Part shown: one piece after another, positions 27,741 to 41,820 of the stretch
How the letters are laid out: each line of letters starts with the position of its first letter
Numbering within the stretch: position 1 is the first letter of the stretch
Origin: the human T2T-CHM13v2.0 reference genome, Homo sapiens
Assembly: GCF_009914755.1 (NCBI RefSeq)
Contig: NC_060929.1
Direction: 5' to 3' (one strand)
DNA length: 64,000 nt
Position numbers and translations under genes: made by a program
Notes under the pieces: model-generated
Told to the model about the DNA's origin: nothing
Seen by the model: only the letters and a program-made list of their open reading frames with translations
The model's database searches: none

Positions 27741-28989
27741 AAACACATCAGTATGGTCAAACCATATGACTCAGAAGGGATAGGAAAAAAAGAGAATGAC
27801 ATTTCCCCAGGCCTGTTGTTTTTCACCAAGAATGCTTTTTATACACAGTGATTTTTCAATGTCCAAATTAGTGATTCACAATCAGAGTGTCTGCCCTTGC
27901 TAGAGAGATATGTTAAAGGTTTAAGTCAGATAGCATTTGAAAAAGTGTCATCTACAATTCCATTGATTTACTTTGCTTTAATTGTTATATATGCAGTTTT
28001 TTACATTCTAAATTACGTTAAAGGAAATTATCAGATATGTACATTATCAAGCTTGATTTTGTTTAAGGATATTTCAGAAACAATAGTCAAATTCATCAGT
28101 TCTTTTGAGAGGACAGATAGAAAAAGATAGAGACTGAGACATTTTTATTTTGATTATTAAGATGTGAAAATTAGGCATTGAAATTTCTCATGAGAAATTA
28201 TTGCTCAGTTATCAGAAGTTAATTAGAGTTTTGTACTCTAGTGATTTTACACACTATTAATTTTGTTCATAAAAGAAACAATACTGTTATTATAAGTACG
28301 CTGGTCTTACTCCATAAAATTAAATCGTATGCTTACCAAGTTGGAATTTCATAATTTGGAAACTTGAATTTTTTCATCTCTCGAAGATAGAATGGGACAG
28401 CTGAACTAAAATCACTTCACAATGGCGTCTTGATGCTAATTAGCTGTACATATCAAAGTTTTCCACTTGAATCTGTCCCAGGGCATGAAGAACATCATAA
28501 ACTGTGGTATTTGCAACATCATGGATGATATTCATTATCTCTGAAAATAATCCAGACTTTTCCCATATGCTTTTGCAAAGATTAAGACTGGGTTGTCTTC
28601 TCCTATAATTTTTGTGAATCTGATGGGAAGTTTTCCCATTCGTTCAAGGTACTTACAAATGAGATACGATATGGGAAAAATGAATCAGATTTGTCACAAC
28701 AGATTTGCTGTGCAGTTTGTGGTCTTTGGGATGCAGGAATGCTAAATTCTGTTCAAGAGCTGCAATCTTTATCCTGGAAGGATCACTGGAACTATTTCCC
28801 ATGTAAATCAACCAGATTTGGAAGCAACATTTAGAGCAAAGAAAATGTTCATGTTGATTTTTAATTTGGTCTTTACTGATCGGATACTGCCAGCTATTTT
28901 TTCCCATTTGTTTTATTTTTTAATAATTTGTATTATTTTTCATTTAAATGTATTAAATTTCATTTATATTAAAGTTTTACTAAACTTAC

Positions 28990-29150
28990 ATTGCAGTTCC
29001 TATGTTCCAGGTATTGTTCTAAGTTCTTTACAAATATTAATCTATTCTATTCTCATAACAGCCTTCTGAGTTGGATTGTATTTTTATCATGCCCACTACA
29101 CAGATGGAAACATGAAGACTTTTGAAGCTCAAGAAATGCATCCATGCTCA
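28990..29150 (-). mobile_element. MIR fragment
   Basis: ctatgttccaggtattgttctaag...ctcataacagcc...cagatggaaac. Confidence 0.6.
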
Positions 29151-30922
29151 TATCCTGTTCTCCCTGCTATGTACTTACCTGAAAAAATATTTTAAATTAA
29201 TTTAATATTAGTGGAACAATTAATTTAATTTTATATTTCAGTTTTCATTTGCAGTATGTGTGTATTTTAAGAGTATATTGTTAATTTCAATTCTTTACAA
29301 AATCTAAGACATTGTTTTGTAATAAACAAATTTAAGCTATTGCGTATAACAGATTAAGTTTTTTTGGATATTCTATTCATCTTATGCCTTCTAATTTTAA
29401 TTTTTCTATTGCTACAGTTGGCTTTTTTTCTAAGTAGCCAATGTCTATTTACTTCTATAATATATTCTGCTCTTTTTTATCAACAATATATTTCTTTTGA
29501 CTTTTCAAAAGGATTTTAGTTTATTTCTGATTTTCAGTTATGAATAAAACAGTATTCCCTCATCTGGAAGACAGAATTTCATAGAATTTCACTTCACTTT
29601 TCCGCCACTTCTTCCCTTTCTGATCCTTGAAATTATTGTGAACAATATGAAGCATACCATTTTTATTAACCTCATTTAGCTAAAGATACATATGCATATA
29701 TAGTTTTTAGAGTAATTGTCTTTGTCATTTTATGGTTTCAACAGTTGTATAAACTCTCAGCTTATCTCTTTTAATGCTAGACACTACTCATTTAATATTA
29801 TACGTCCTCAATAATGAGCACATAAGTATATAGATCTTTCTAAAGCTGGAAAACAAAGCAAAACTGAGTGTAGGGCTCAAAAAAGTTCATGTTGTTCCAG
29901 GCAAAATGAATGGCAAAATGCACAGCCAGACACATCTTGAAAAACACAAGGTCAGAGACACATGAAAATCCTATGAGGATCCAGTCGGAAGAGCAAAAGG
30001 GGTTACCAATAAAATAACAAATCCAAACTTGCTTCCAGATTTCTCCTCTGCAAAAGTACGTGTCAGATCACAACATGACATGTTTGAGAGAAAAAAAAGC
30101 TGTGGTTTACAATTTCTATTCCAAGTTGATGTTTTTGGTAATGTAAGGAGCAGATATAAATTGTCAAACATGCACTATTTGTCCCAAGTGTTCCTCACCC
30201 ATGATAGTTTGACTTCAGTTCAAGATTTTCCCTCCTCTGCCTTGGGAACTCCTCACTCCACGTTGGCCTCCACTCTGTGAGGTACAGTGGTTGACGTGTT
30301 CTGGGCTAAATATCTAAATTGTTGATACAAGAGCATGAAGTTCTAAAAAATATGAGCTAAAAGTGAAGGTGAAAAACATGTAATGATTTACTCAGTTAAT
30401 AGAGACTTTTTAGAGACTTTTTTGTCGTGAAAACTAAATATGCAGAAGCAAACTGTATAAACACAGTGGAGCAAATTAAAAAGGAATCGACACTCAGAAA
30501 AATCAAAAAATATACTTTAATGCAAGTTAAGTAATATAGGAAACAAAAGAAGAGAAAGATCAAATTAATGCCAGGAGATAATTTATATACAAAGCAAAGG
30601 ATGCTCAACAACATACGTGTGTAATGGGCTTCCGAATTACAAAGAACAGAATCAGGACTGAAGCAGATGCCAGATACCTGTACTCTACAATGTCATTGAT
30701 GTGGCTCCAACATCCAGTGACAGGGGTTTTCTTTGCAGGGATTGGGGATGAGGATGGAGGAGGATAGAGAGGAGGTGTGATAAAACACACTGTTATGTTA
30801 AATATACATTTAGGTTTTAAGATGAAACCCCAATTTAACACACATTAAATTGGGGAAAATTAACTTCACAATGGAGGACACATGGACAAGAATGAAGACT
30901 TTACTGATCAAAACTGGGGGTA

Positions 30923-31221
30923 GGCCTGGTGCAGTGGCTCGCGCCTATAATCTCAGTGTTTTCAGAGTCCAAAGCGGCAGGGCTGCTTGAGGCTAGAAAT
31001 TTGCAACCAGCCTGGGCAACAAGGCAAGGCCCCATCTCTACAGAAAATTGAAAAATCAGTTGAGCATGGTGGCATGCATCTCCCGTCCTAGCTACTTGGG
31101 AGGCTGAGGGAAGAGGATTGCTTGAGCCCAGGAGTTTGAGGCTACAGTGAGCTGATTGTGCCACTGCACTCCAGCCTGCGCAACAGAGGAAGACCCTTTC
31201 TGCAGAAAAAAAAACCAAAAA
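30923..31221 (+). mobile_element. AluJ element
   Basis: Diverged Alu with J diagnostics (gaggattgcttgagcccaggagtttgaggct). Confidence 0.92.
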
Positions 31222-31666
31222 ACTGTGGATGAAAATATTTATAAATGTAGATAGGAAAGACACATATATTTATGTATTTACATTAAATATATTATCATGA
31301 ATTTGCAACGTGTTTGGAAAAGAGCCCAATTAATAAATATATTCTTAATAAAATATAAAGTGCAAAAATAAAATTATAAGGCACAGTAACCATTCACACA
31401 GCCCTCTGTATTTCTTCAAAATATGTGATCAGTGAAACATTGAAACTAACTGTTCAATGTTGTCTTTCCCACTGAGTAATAAGCTTAATGGGGAAGGAAC
31501 CTCCATGGTGGATTCTCAATAAGTAGATAATTATTCATAATTAAACATGATTAATGAGAGACTAATAAAAAAGTAAGAAACTATTCTAAACTGATTGAAG
31601 ATCTCAATGAAAGGAACTCTCTTATAGGAGAACATAAACTGAAAAACTGCTTCAAGAAGACGGAGA

Positions 31667-31898
31667 GGAAGTGAAGGCAATCTGGCTGCAACATGTGTCA
31701 CCAGGGTGGATTGGGCTGATCTGGCTGGCTAGCTAGATGTCCCCTTCATCCCTCACTGCTCCATGTGCATCTATCTCTCCCAAAGCTGCACACTCAGTCC
31801 AAGAGGACAGCCAACCCCAGTAGAAGAGGACTGGTCTTCAGTCAAACCTACGTGAGTAATTATGCTCCCCTGCTAAAACCTCCAAACAAGCTCTTAAG
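31667..31898 (+). pseudogene. 7SK snRNA retropseudogene, 3'-truncated (probably RN7SKP73; symbol recalled, not verified)
   Basis: Colinear with 7SK nt ~1-240: tctggctgcaacat, ggctgatctggctggctag, gaggactggtcttcagtcaa, cccctgctaaaacctccaaacaagctc. Confidence 0.92.
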
Positions 31899-32171
31899 AT
31901 GATGGAGGAAGGCACAACAGGCCATTAACAATAAAACACATTGAATAGTTAGGCAAAAAATTTCCTCCAAAAAATAAATCAGACTCTAATAATTGTACAA
32001 GTGTTTTGTCAAATCATGAAGAAGCAGATAATTTTCACTTGTTTAAAATGTTCCAGAACACAGAAATCATTTGGGAAAATGTCCAGTTAATTTTACAAGT
32101 GGCTAAAGCACCAAAAACAAAACGTAAAAAGGGAGGCAAACGTGTTTTAATTGCTTCTTTTTTGCCCCATT

Positions 32172-32566
32172 GGTGAGGGAGGAATTCCTGCCCTAAGGTT
32201 ATGGGGAGGGCCAAGTGCATGACATATGGTGCTGGGCAGAGGGGAACGTTTATTAGTCACCTACACCCACAGCCTGGGGAGGAGGACGCTGCACTCCATG
32301 GAAGGTCACGTGGGGCTGCACTTGGAACAGACTGAACAACAAGGGCTGTGGAGAAGACTTTGTAGTATCAAGAGGATGAGGTGCCCCTGTTCCCATGGGA
32401 GGGTGTGATTGGCCTGTTTGAACGATTCCACGAGATGGCAGAAGACTGAAATCTTCTACTCAGGAATAAGCAGACACTGCTTCATCCCAGTGAAAAGGAA
32501 GGTTGTCAATTTTACCAGATGTCAAGACAGCATATAATAGTGACCCTTTTTAGGTCTTACACTACA
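32172..32566 (-). mobile_element. ERVL LTR (MER74-like)
   Basis: ttttaccagatgtcaagacagcatataat...tttaggtcttacactaca matches the reverse complement of the MER74 5' end. Confidence 0.7.
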
Positions 32567-33039
32567 GTATGTCTAGGGACAACACACAGACACCCCCCAA
32601 TACACAATTGACAAATATTTCTTATTATTATTTATATAAACATACTCAACAAAATACTCTAAATTTGAGTTAATCAGTACACTTTCAATTTAAATTTTAG
32701 TTTTATATATTAATCAATATAGTTTAAACATACCAAAATAAAGCAGGATAAATTCATGAATAGCATTGTTCAATTTTTTTAAGTTAGGTAATTACATTAA
32801 TTAATGGGGCAAAGAAGAATTAAAACTTTTAGAAATTGAAAAAGGAGACACATCCACTCCCCCAACCCATATCAGAGGGATACATTAGAATTACTTAAAA
32901 GGTATAAAAAAATCCCCGCCTTCTCATATTTTCTTAATCTCCGGAATGAGAATCATGATGGAGATTTGGGTTTGTTAAAGAAGAAAACTAATCCAGAGAG
33001 ATTATGTTAAACATTCAATATTCCTTACCACTAGTACTT

Positions 33040-34440
33040 CTTAGCAAACTAGAAAAGAACTCTTTTTAGCATCATAAAACAAATCTACTGGAAAACAAGG
33101 GCTAATACCATCCTTAGGAACAGAATGCAAGAGCCATTCCCACTACAGTTAGCAATAAGACAGCTGTGCTCCTGATCACCAGTATTTCGCTGTCTCTGGA
33201 AACTCTGTCCATGAGCTAAAGTAGGGGAAAAACTAAGGTGTAAATACCAGAAAAAAAAAATAGACAATTATTTGAGATAATGTAATTTCATCTTTTTGGA
33301 AAAAGCAAGCAAATGAATTAAAAGTTTAGTAGACCTCGTAAAAACAGAGGAAACTGGAAAATAAAATACCTGTACCATTTCTATAAGTTATTTATTTTAT
33401 TTAAAATAAAACCCTGCATATATAGCACTAATAAGTTTCAAGGACTGTTTTAAGATTTTTTAAATCTTAAAAGACCGTTTTAAGATTATTTAAATATTCA
33501 CTCATTTAATCCTCATAGCAGTTATGAAGTAAGTGCTATTATTGTCATTATCATTGTCTCCATTTTACTGATGAGGACACTGAGGCTTGGAGCGGCTGAG
33601 TGATGTGTCCATACTGACTAAGTGAGCAAGCCAGGATTTATGCCCTAGACCCGGGACATCTGGTTTCAGAGCCTGTGCTCTGATGCAGTGCACCTGGCTG
33701 GCTTCCTTTCATTATTTTAACATTCTGGTTAGAAAATGAGATACAATGAGCCAATTGAATTCAATAAAAATATGAATATCCTAGGAATAAACAGTATAAG
33801 AAATGTTAAATACCTGTGTGAACAAAAATACACGTATTATGTTTAGAAGTATTTTTAAAATAGGAATACATGAAAAAAGTATTACTTGTCTCATAATATT
33901 GAATATTTTAATAATTTTGATATTATCTAAATTAATTCATAAATGTATGTGATCCCAATCAGAATCCCAATGGGATTTTAAAACTTGATATAAATAAACC
34001 TAAAATAATGTTGAAAGAATAAACAAAAAAGAATAGACAGAAAATTGTTGAAAAAGAGTAGTAAGAGAATACAAGTCAGCCGGTGTTAAAAATCTATCAT
34101 AATAAAAAATAAAATATATTAATAACAATTAAAACAGTGTTTTACTGACAGTAGAAAGCCAAAAATACTCCAAATACTTATTATTAAACAAAGTTAAATT
34201 TTTAAATGAGTGGTGATAAGAAGTGAATTATTATACAAGTAATTGAGAAAAATGGGATATTTTTAATCCTTTAAAAAACTGAAATTTAGATCTCTACTTT
34301 ATACCTTGTAAGAAAATAGCAATTTAAATCTATAATTTTGCAAATGTATTAAAATAATAAATACGTTCAGAAGAAAATATGAGAATATTAATTTTGGGAA
34401 ATATTTCTAATTTGGGGTGCAGATAGATGTCTGAAGAAAC
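33040..34440 (+). mobile_element. Highly degenerate L1ME/L1MC ORF2 fragments, interrupted by a MIR
   Basis: A-rich ORF2-like motifs (cctaggaataaa, atcccaatcagaatcccaa, tagatctctactttatacc). Confidence 0.55.
33490..33682 (-). mobile_element. MIR
   Basis: ctcatttaatcctcat...ccattttactgatgaggacactgaggct...cagagcctgtgctct. Confidence 0.8.
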
Positions 34441-34450
34441 ATATAAATAG

Positions 34451-34830
34451 TGATATTGTTTGGCTGTGTGTCCTCACCCAGCTCTTGTGTGGAATCGTAA
34501 TTCCCAGTGTTGGAGGAGGGGCCTGGTGGGAGGTGATTGAGTCACGGGGGTGGACATCCCCTTTGCTGTTCTCATGATACAGTTCTCATGATATCCGGTT
34601 GTTCGAAAGTGTGTAGCACCTCCCCCCTCTCTCTCTCTTTCTTCTGTTCCTTTCATGTAAGACGTGCCTCCTTCCTCTTCACCTTCCGCCATCATTGTAA
34701 GTTTCCTGCGGCCTCCCCAGAAGCGGAAGCCTATACAACCTGCAGAACGGTGAGCCCATTAAACCTCTTTTCTTTAAAATTACCCAGTCTCAGGTGGTTC
34801 TTTAAAGCAGTGTAAGAATGAAATAATACA
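34451..34830 (+). mobile_element. MSTA/MSTB MaLR solo LTR
   Basis: tgatattgtttggctgtg...attaaacctcttttcttt...aaataataca. Confidence 0.9.
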
Positions 34831-35818
34831 CATATACAAATAGCAAACACATAAAATATTGACACTTAAAGCCAGCACCAAACCTGGGACAAGGAAGCTA
34901 GGGTGAAACCAGTCTCCTCTCCAGGAGAAAAGAAATATCAAGAAAGCTTTGCCAGTCACAGTCAAACTAAAAATTAAGCCAAAACACGATTGCATTCAAG
35001 CAGAGGTGGCTGTCAAACCAGTGATAGAAAACGGAGCATAGAAAGGAAGACCAGGGCTCCTCTGGAGAATCACTTCAGGGCTGTCTGTGGACCACAGAGC
35101 TCAAGTATGCTGAGCTGAGCAGAGAAGGTGCCACGTGGAAGATGGGGCTCACAGTGCATTCAAGGGGAGCAGGGAAAACAGAGGCCACTTTAGCAAGTTC
35201 AACGCAGGGAACTGAGACTTCCACACCAGGGCCTGGGTGGGGAGGCAGAGGCAGGAACCCCTCGGGGGTGAGGAATACATAAGAGACCACTGCAGCCTCT
35301 GCTGCCCACAGCACCATGGTGGGTGATTCTCGAGAGGTGATTTCCTGCCCCTAAATAATGCCAAAACCCATCTGCCCTCTGCCCTTGCTGACCCGTCTCT
35401 TTGCCTCTGCAACCAAAGCATGTGCCCCTCCCCAGCAAAGCCAAACAGGGCTCCTTCCAGCAAGGGAGCCTGGGCAGACTGGTTTTGGATCATGCACAGC
35501 CTCGGAAGGGCGGGCTGGCAGCTGGTATCACCACTCATACCCAGCACACAGTGTGCACCACATCTTGGCGTTTTCTTAGCAGTATAATCTAAACTTTCTT
35601 CCATACAGTCCTGATAGAAAACATGCTAGAATGAGTACAGCACTCTAGTATCCCAGATCCCAGCCGAGGTCATGCACAAATAACCCGAAGGTCATGCCTG
35701 CACCAAGGAGCTGGCAGATGCAAGATGGAGATAGGTCTGGGGGTAAAGCTGTATGTACAATACGTCAACTGGCCACTGTGGCTACTATAAAGGGTCACGA
35801 ATGATCGTGAAGTGGATT

Positions 35819-35844
35819 CACACACACACACACACACACACACA
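35819..35844. repeat. (CA)n microsatellite
   Basis: About 13 CA copies. Confidence 0.9.
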
Positions 35845-36110
35845 GCTAATGAAACTTCAGCTCTCGGGCCCTTCACTTGCACTGACCCTTTCTAAAACCC
35901 CAGTACCAATTTTATATTTGTAACTGTATAGTTTATCTTAAGGAGAACTCCCAGATGGTGAAAGTGTAGGTTCCACAGAGCCTGGATCTCCCACTCTGTT
36001 CAGCTCTAGCTGCAGCAAGTGCAGCCACCTTCACAGGACTCGCAAATGAGCAATACATGGAGAGAGGAAAGACTACAGGATTTCTGTGCATGATGGACAC
36101 AGTGGCATGA

Positions 36111-36420
<310 letters not shown>

Positions 36421-37314
36421 CCAGTGACATGATTTTTTAATGTGCAAAGGAAAGAATAGAATGTTTTAGAAATTGGGGAAGAAATTAGTTTAGATACCAG
36501 ATAGCACTGACTACTCCCTGTGGGGTAGGATTGGATTTTCTTTGGAAGCTGGAAGAGGTGGAGGGAGAGAAGAGAGTGACTATAGAAGTAGACGGGTCAT
36601 TTATGATGGGATTATGTTTCAAATACCCCTTGCACAACGCCATTGAGGAGAATATTTGGCATCCAAGGGCCCTTTTCAATATGGGAGTGTTTCCTCTTGG
36701 GTAATATGATGCTGATGTAGCATTAGATGTTTGCTTTTGTTTGCAGTTAGCTTCACACTCCACCAAGGTCAGTCACAGAAAGAGGGGGTTTCTGAAGGAG
36801 GGTCAAGCATGCAGAGGAACAGTGACTAGGGCTCCATGGCACTGGGACAGAAGGCATCAGGCTGGGAGGCCTGGGGGAAGAGCCCAGCCAGCTGCATCCC
36901 ATAGTCCTGGTCAGCCCACTGGGCTCCCACAGTGGCTGAGGCGCTGCTGCTGGGTGGTGAAACTGAGCACGTCCTCCATCCCTAGTCAGGAAGGCCACCT
37001 GTGCCCTGTGCCTCACTCAGGCCCCCTCTCCTGTCTGGAAGCTGAAGGAGAAGCTAAAGTGATAGAGAATAAAGGGGCAGAAAAAGGGGGTGCCAGCTCT
37101 GTCCTGGTTGGGACAGCACCTTCAGGAGCCCATAAACTCTTTCCTCTTCTCTTTTATTGTGGACCACTCAGAGGGTTTCTCCTCATGAGACTTCCTCTGA
37201 CTCTGGTTTTCTTCTTATTTATCAATTAAAGAAGAAAGTGTTTAAAGCAGATACCAAATGTAGTTTTTCCACTGCTCTGTCCAACGTAGTTATCCTGCCA
37301 AGAAGCGATGAATG

Positions 37315-37457
37315 GGCCAGGAGTGGTGGTTCACACTGTAATCCTGGCACTTTGGGAGGCTGAGGCGGGAGGATCTCTTGAGCTTAAGAGTTCAAGACCA
37401 GCTAGGGCAACACAGCAAGACTCTGTCTCTACAAACATTTTTCAAAAAAATTTTAAA
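37315..37457 (+). mobile_element. FLAM / Alu monomer
   Basis: Single left-type monomer; TSD aagaagcgatga / aagaagcaatga. Confidence 0.85.
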
Positions 37458-37915
37458 AAGAAGCAATGACATTGCTGAAGATATAATCTAAATTCCGTAG
37501 CCCAGTTTGTAAAAATTAAACATATCAACATTTCTTAGAGAAACATTGCATTATGATTACTTACAGAATAGTAAGATCAGGAGTGAAGATGGCTTTGTCA
37601 TTCTTAGATTTTAAAAGTCATTCTTTGATTTTTTTAAAGTGAGATAAGGAAAAAAAAAAAGAAAATCTAACCATGCCAACATCTGGTTTTAAATTAGAAG
37701 AAATAATTCCACATTTTAAAATGTATTTTATTGGCTTTTTAAAAAACGTACAAAAGTCATACATAATTGCCATTACAATCTAAACAGCGTGAAATGTGTC
37801 TCAATATGAGGCCCACGGTCCCTGCTTTTCACCAGGAATCACCCGTACATCTTTTTCTCTAGAAATTATCTTAGAATTTAAAAACTCAAACAATGATATA
37901 CACAATACTTGGGAA

Positions 37916-38066
37916 CTTTACATTACAGATAGATAGACATCCATACACACACATTTGCATTACGCAACTGCTTTGCATTACAGATAGATGTCCATACACA
38001 CACATTTGCATTACGCAACTGCTTTACATTACAGATAGATAGACTTCCATACACACACATTCGCAT
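37916..38066. repeat. Minisatellite, 51-55 bp unit, ~2.8 copies
   Basis: Unit cttt(a/g)cattacagatagat...tccatacacacacatttgcattacgcaactg. Confidence 0.92.
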
Positions 38067-38959
38067 ATGCACACTCCAACCAAACTACTCCTGCACACAC
38101 ACAGAAGCATGAACAGTCACTGCACACGCGCTTCAGGGTGGGGCCACTTCCGTGCAGAGAATATCTAAGGGGCTGGGCACGCTGTTGTACCCAGAGCCAT
38201 CTTCCCTGACGGACACTCAGTGTCTTCACTGCCACACTCCCAGCCGCTCAGCTCGAGCCACCTGGTGTGATTCTTCTGCCCCAGCTCCGTTTCAGTGTCT
38301 GCAATGGTGGAATTGCCCCGGGGAATTCTCCAAATTGAATCCTGACATCCAGGCCCTAACCCTTACCCGTGACGTTGGGCTCTGGTGATGGGTCCAGAAA
38401 TCAGGAAGTTTACAACTCCTGAGGGATTCTGAATGCAGCGCTGAGGGAGGTCCGTGGCCCCGATGAGCCTTCTCGGGGTGGGGTTCACTGGGAGCGGAGC
38501 AGCTGTCAGGGTGAGTGTAGCAGCAGGCTGTTCTTAGTGAGGCAGCGGGAACCTCCTCCCTTGTTGGGGCTAACCCCAGTGTTCACAGGCCTCCAGGTTT
38601 ACCAGGCAGGACTAAGCCTTCATCCCAAGTGCCTTCTCCGAGGAAGCACAGGGCACCTGAGCCCTGCCACCTCCCCTCTGGCCCGAGGCCTCTGCCTGCA
38701 CTTGCTGCCAACAGCCTCAAGATGCCGGCCTCCCCCAGCTCTCCTGCTGGCAGGCCACAGACCACACACATGCCTTTCCTCTGAAGACCCTCGTGGAGGC
38801 GCCCCCAAGCCCCCCCAGCAGCAGGATGGAGTTGTAGAGTGTCCTCCATTAGGCCCTGGGATGGAAAGAAGATTGTAATGGATATTCACGTTACAATGTT
38901 TCAACACTCTTTCCTGGGGGATAGAAACGTCATTGGCTCTGGCTGATTGTACGTGTTTG

Positions 38960-39085
38960 CACGCCCTGAAGGCCTCATTTTAACTTGATCACCTCAGTAA
39001 AGACCCGATCTCCAAAGAAGGTCCCAATCTGAGGTATTAGAGTCTAGGCCTTCAACATAAGAAACGGAGTGGGTAGATTCAACTG
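38960..39085 (-). mobile_element. MLT1B/C fragment
   Basis: cctcattttaacttgatcacctc..taaagaccc.atctccaaa...tctgaggta. Confidence 0.65.
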
Positions 39086-39469
39086 GAAACACTGATTAAC
39101 CTACTGTGTTCCAACAAATGAAGAAAACCAAGGCTCTTCTTCACTACCCCTGGAGAGCATGACTGGGGGGAAGGTGCAGAAAGCTGCCTCTCAACAGCCC
39201 CACCCCCCACCGCACCCCCACTCCCACCAGCGTCACGGCCCTGACCTAACACCATGTACCTCTGTCCTCGGCCTGGCACTGCCCGTGGTGCAGATACTCC
39301 TGGAAGGCATCACACAGGAAACACCATTCCCTAGATCCAGTCTGCATCTCAGGTCACTGACGAAGGTAACATGGGAGCAGCAACAACATGTTCCTTAGAT
39401 CAAAATCCACAAAATGGTGAGGTTTGAAATGAAAAGCCACAGACCGACGGCAAGCAAGACTACCTTCTC

Positions 39470-39947
39470 TACCCCTCCCTGTCTTCACACCTTCGCAATG
39501 TGGTCTTGCAGCTTCTCCCAGGAAGCAGCAGAGTCTCTTCCCTTGTGTCTGAGCTGCCCATAGAGCTTGGCCAGTAGAACGTGGCAGAAGCAGTCATGTG
39601 GGTACAGCAGGCCCAAGCCCAGTCTTCAAGGCCTTCCATGCAGTTACTCTCTCTCAGAACCCAGTACTACCGGGAAAACAAGCCCAGGCTGGCCTGCAGG
39701 AGGGTGAGAAACTGTAAGAAATACAGCTGGATCTGACCACTTGTTCCATTAATGTGAGCAAGCCCAATTCTACTCAGCCAACAACCCAACCCCGTGGACA
39801 GCACACCTGCGTGAACCCAGCCAAGATCGACAGGGCCCATCATGACCACCAGATAACCAGCCAGGACGCAGATGCACAGGCAAAAAGAACTGGCTTTTGT
39901 TTCAGGTTTCGGGGTATTTTCTTACGCAGCAATAGCTAACTGATACA
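39470..39947 (+). mobile_element. MLT1H/G-like MaLR LTR
   Basis: ttggccagtagaacgtggcagaag, aacaagcccaggctggcctgc, end gcagcaatagctaactgataca. Confidence 0.75.
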
Positions 39948-41624
39948 CCAAGCTCCGACAATTATGCCGCCTTTGTACCCATTGGAAGAAAGTATGTTTG
40001 GCAGAAGCCAGTGTTAGTATGGACCAGAAGTCTTCAGGGAAAAGTGCTGAGACTTATTTCCTGAGGTGTCTGAGTGACTGATCTTCTATGTGCATCTTCA
40101 GCACTGGGGAAGAGTGAGGGGTCTCACCGCAAGAGATGCTATGGAATACCAATAGCAATAATAATAAAATAATAACAAATATTTAACTTATTATTATTAG
40201 AAAAAAGATAATTATTGTATAATTAGATACATTATTACTATTTAACCTAAGTATTTCTGTGTTTAGTAATAAAAGGAAAGGAGCTTATAAATGCCATATT
40301 GTGATTGTCATTGGTTTGCAATTTTCTTTTCTTCTTTTTACTAAAAACAGTCAAGTCTCAAAGTAAGGGAGGACGACAGAAACAAGAGTGCAGTCATGAA
40401 CAGGATCTTCGTGTAAACCGTGGGCTGACGTGATCTGGTTACTGCCTAGGCATTTGAAGGACGTGTTTGGCCTGTGGAGGGAAGGACGCTAATCCTATTA
40501 GCACCGAGGAGCTGAGATGCTCAGGTTCAGTTAGAACTTGGCCAAAGGATCTTGTGGAAACACAGGGGGCTGGGACAAGTGTTGCCAACCACTCCGGAGG
40601 CACAGTTCTTCCAGAGCCCTCTGATTTCTAAAGTTATACTGAGTCCAAATTCATAGTGAGTTCTACATTTTATATAATTCATTTAATATTTCTTCTTCAA
40701 AATATCTTTTTCTTGTGTTTTACTATGTGACCTTCTCACATTGTCGGGGTGCTGTGAGCACTGGGAGACAGTGCGGTGCCTCACTACTTTTGGCCTATAA
40801 ATCATCTTATTGCGGAGGGGCCAAGAGCAGGGCTGGGGAAGAGTAAGTATATGAGGCCTGAGCGCTGTGCCCCTACGGTGGGTCCGCAGACCTGCTGGAC
40901 CTTCCTGGGGCTTGGTTTTCTCAACTGTAACCTGCAAAGAGGGACTAGAGCCACCCATAGGCCTCCAAGCTGGAAAGTTATTTGACATCATTGTGTCTGT
41001 GTTTTAATGACACTGTGTTCTCATAATTTGTATAAAGTAATAAAGAACGACTCTAATCTTTCAGAAAAGAATATGAACTACAAAAATTTTGCACACAATC
41101 ATTGTAATTTTTTCCACTAAAGACAAGTGTTGATGCACAATACAATGCTACCTTCTTTGAAACCTGACTAGTTTCAGCTGTGTGTGAGATGAGGAAGGAA
41201 CAAAATTACAGACTAAACAGAATCTTTGTAGGGCACAAACACATCCAATTCTTCTCTGTTTCGGTTGTATGGATGGTGGTTTTACATACAAGGTAATGTG
41301 CCCACTTGCACTGCTTTAGTTTAAAGTTTATGCAATTTAGAAAAGGGTTATGACAAAGTTTGATCCTTTTAATCTAAAATGCCATTTGTTTCCACATGAG
41401 AAAGGGCCCTGGCTCCTTTCATTGTGAAAGGGCACTGGGCATGGGAGAGCATGCAGCCGTTAGAAGAAACTCTCTCTCAGATCCTTTGCTAAGCACTTTG
41501 TTTTTATTTTTAATTTAATTTTTATTCTCTATTGAAACGTCTACTTGATATTCAAAATGACCTAAGTAATCAGAACCTCTGTCTCAAAGGAAACAAGTGC
41601 TAACTGTGAATGGTCTAAATAATT

Positions 41625-41820
41625 TACAGCAACATTTTTCTGTGAAGGGCCAGATGGTAAATAGTTTAGGCTTTGCAGGGCACACAGTCTCTGTTGCAGT
41701 GACTTAACTCTGCCATTGTGAAAGCATTCACAGACGATCTGCAAACAAATAAAACTTTATTTACAAAATGAGTCAGCTGGCCAGATTTGATCTTAGGCAG
41801 TAGAGAGTTTTCTGACCCTG
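41625..41820 (+). mobile_element. MER58A DNA transposon
   Basis: ttttctgtgaagggccagatggtaaata, aataaaactttatttacaaaa, end tgaccctg. Confidence 0.85.

Noticed and set aside
33448-33472. 11-bp perfect inverted repeat with a 3-nt loop
   Set aside because: AT-rich and part of a small local duplication; no functional context.
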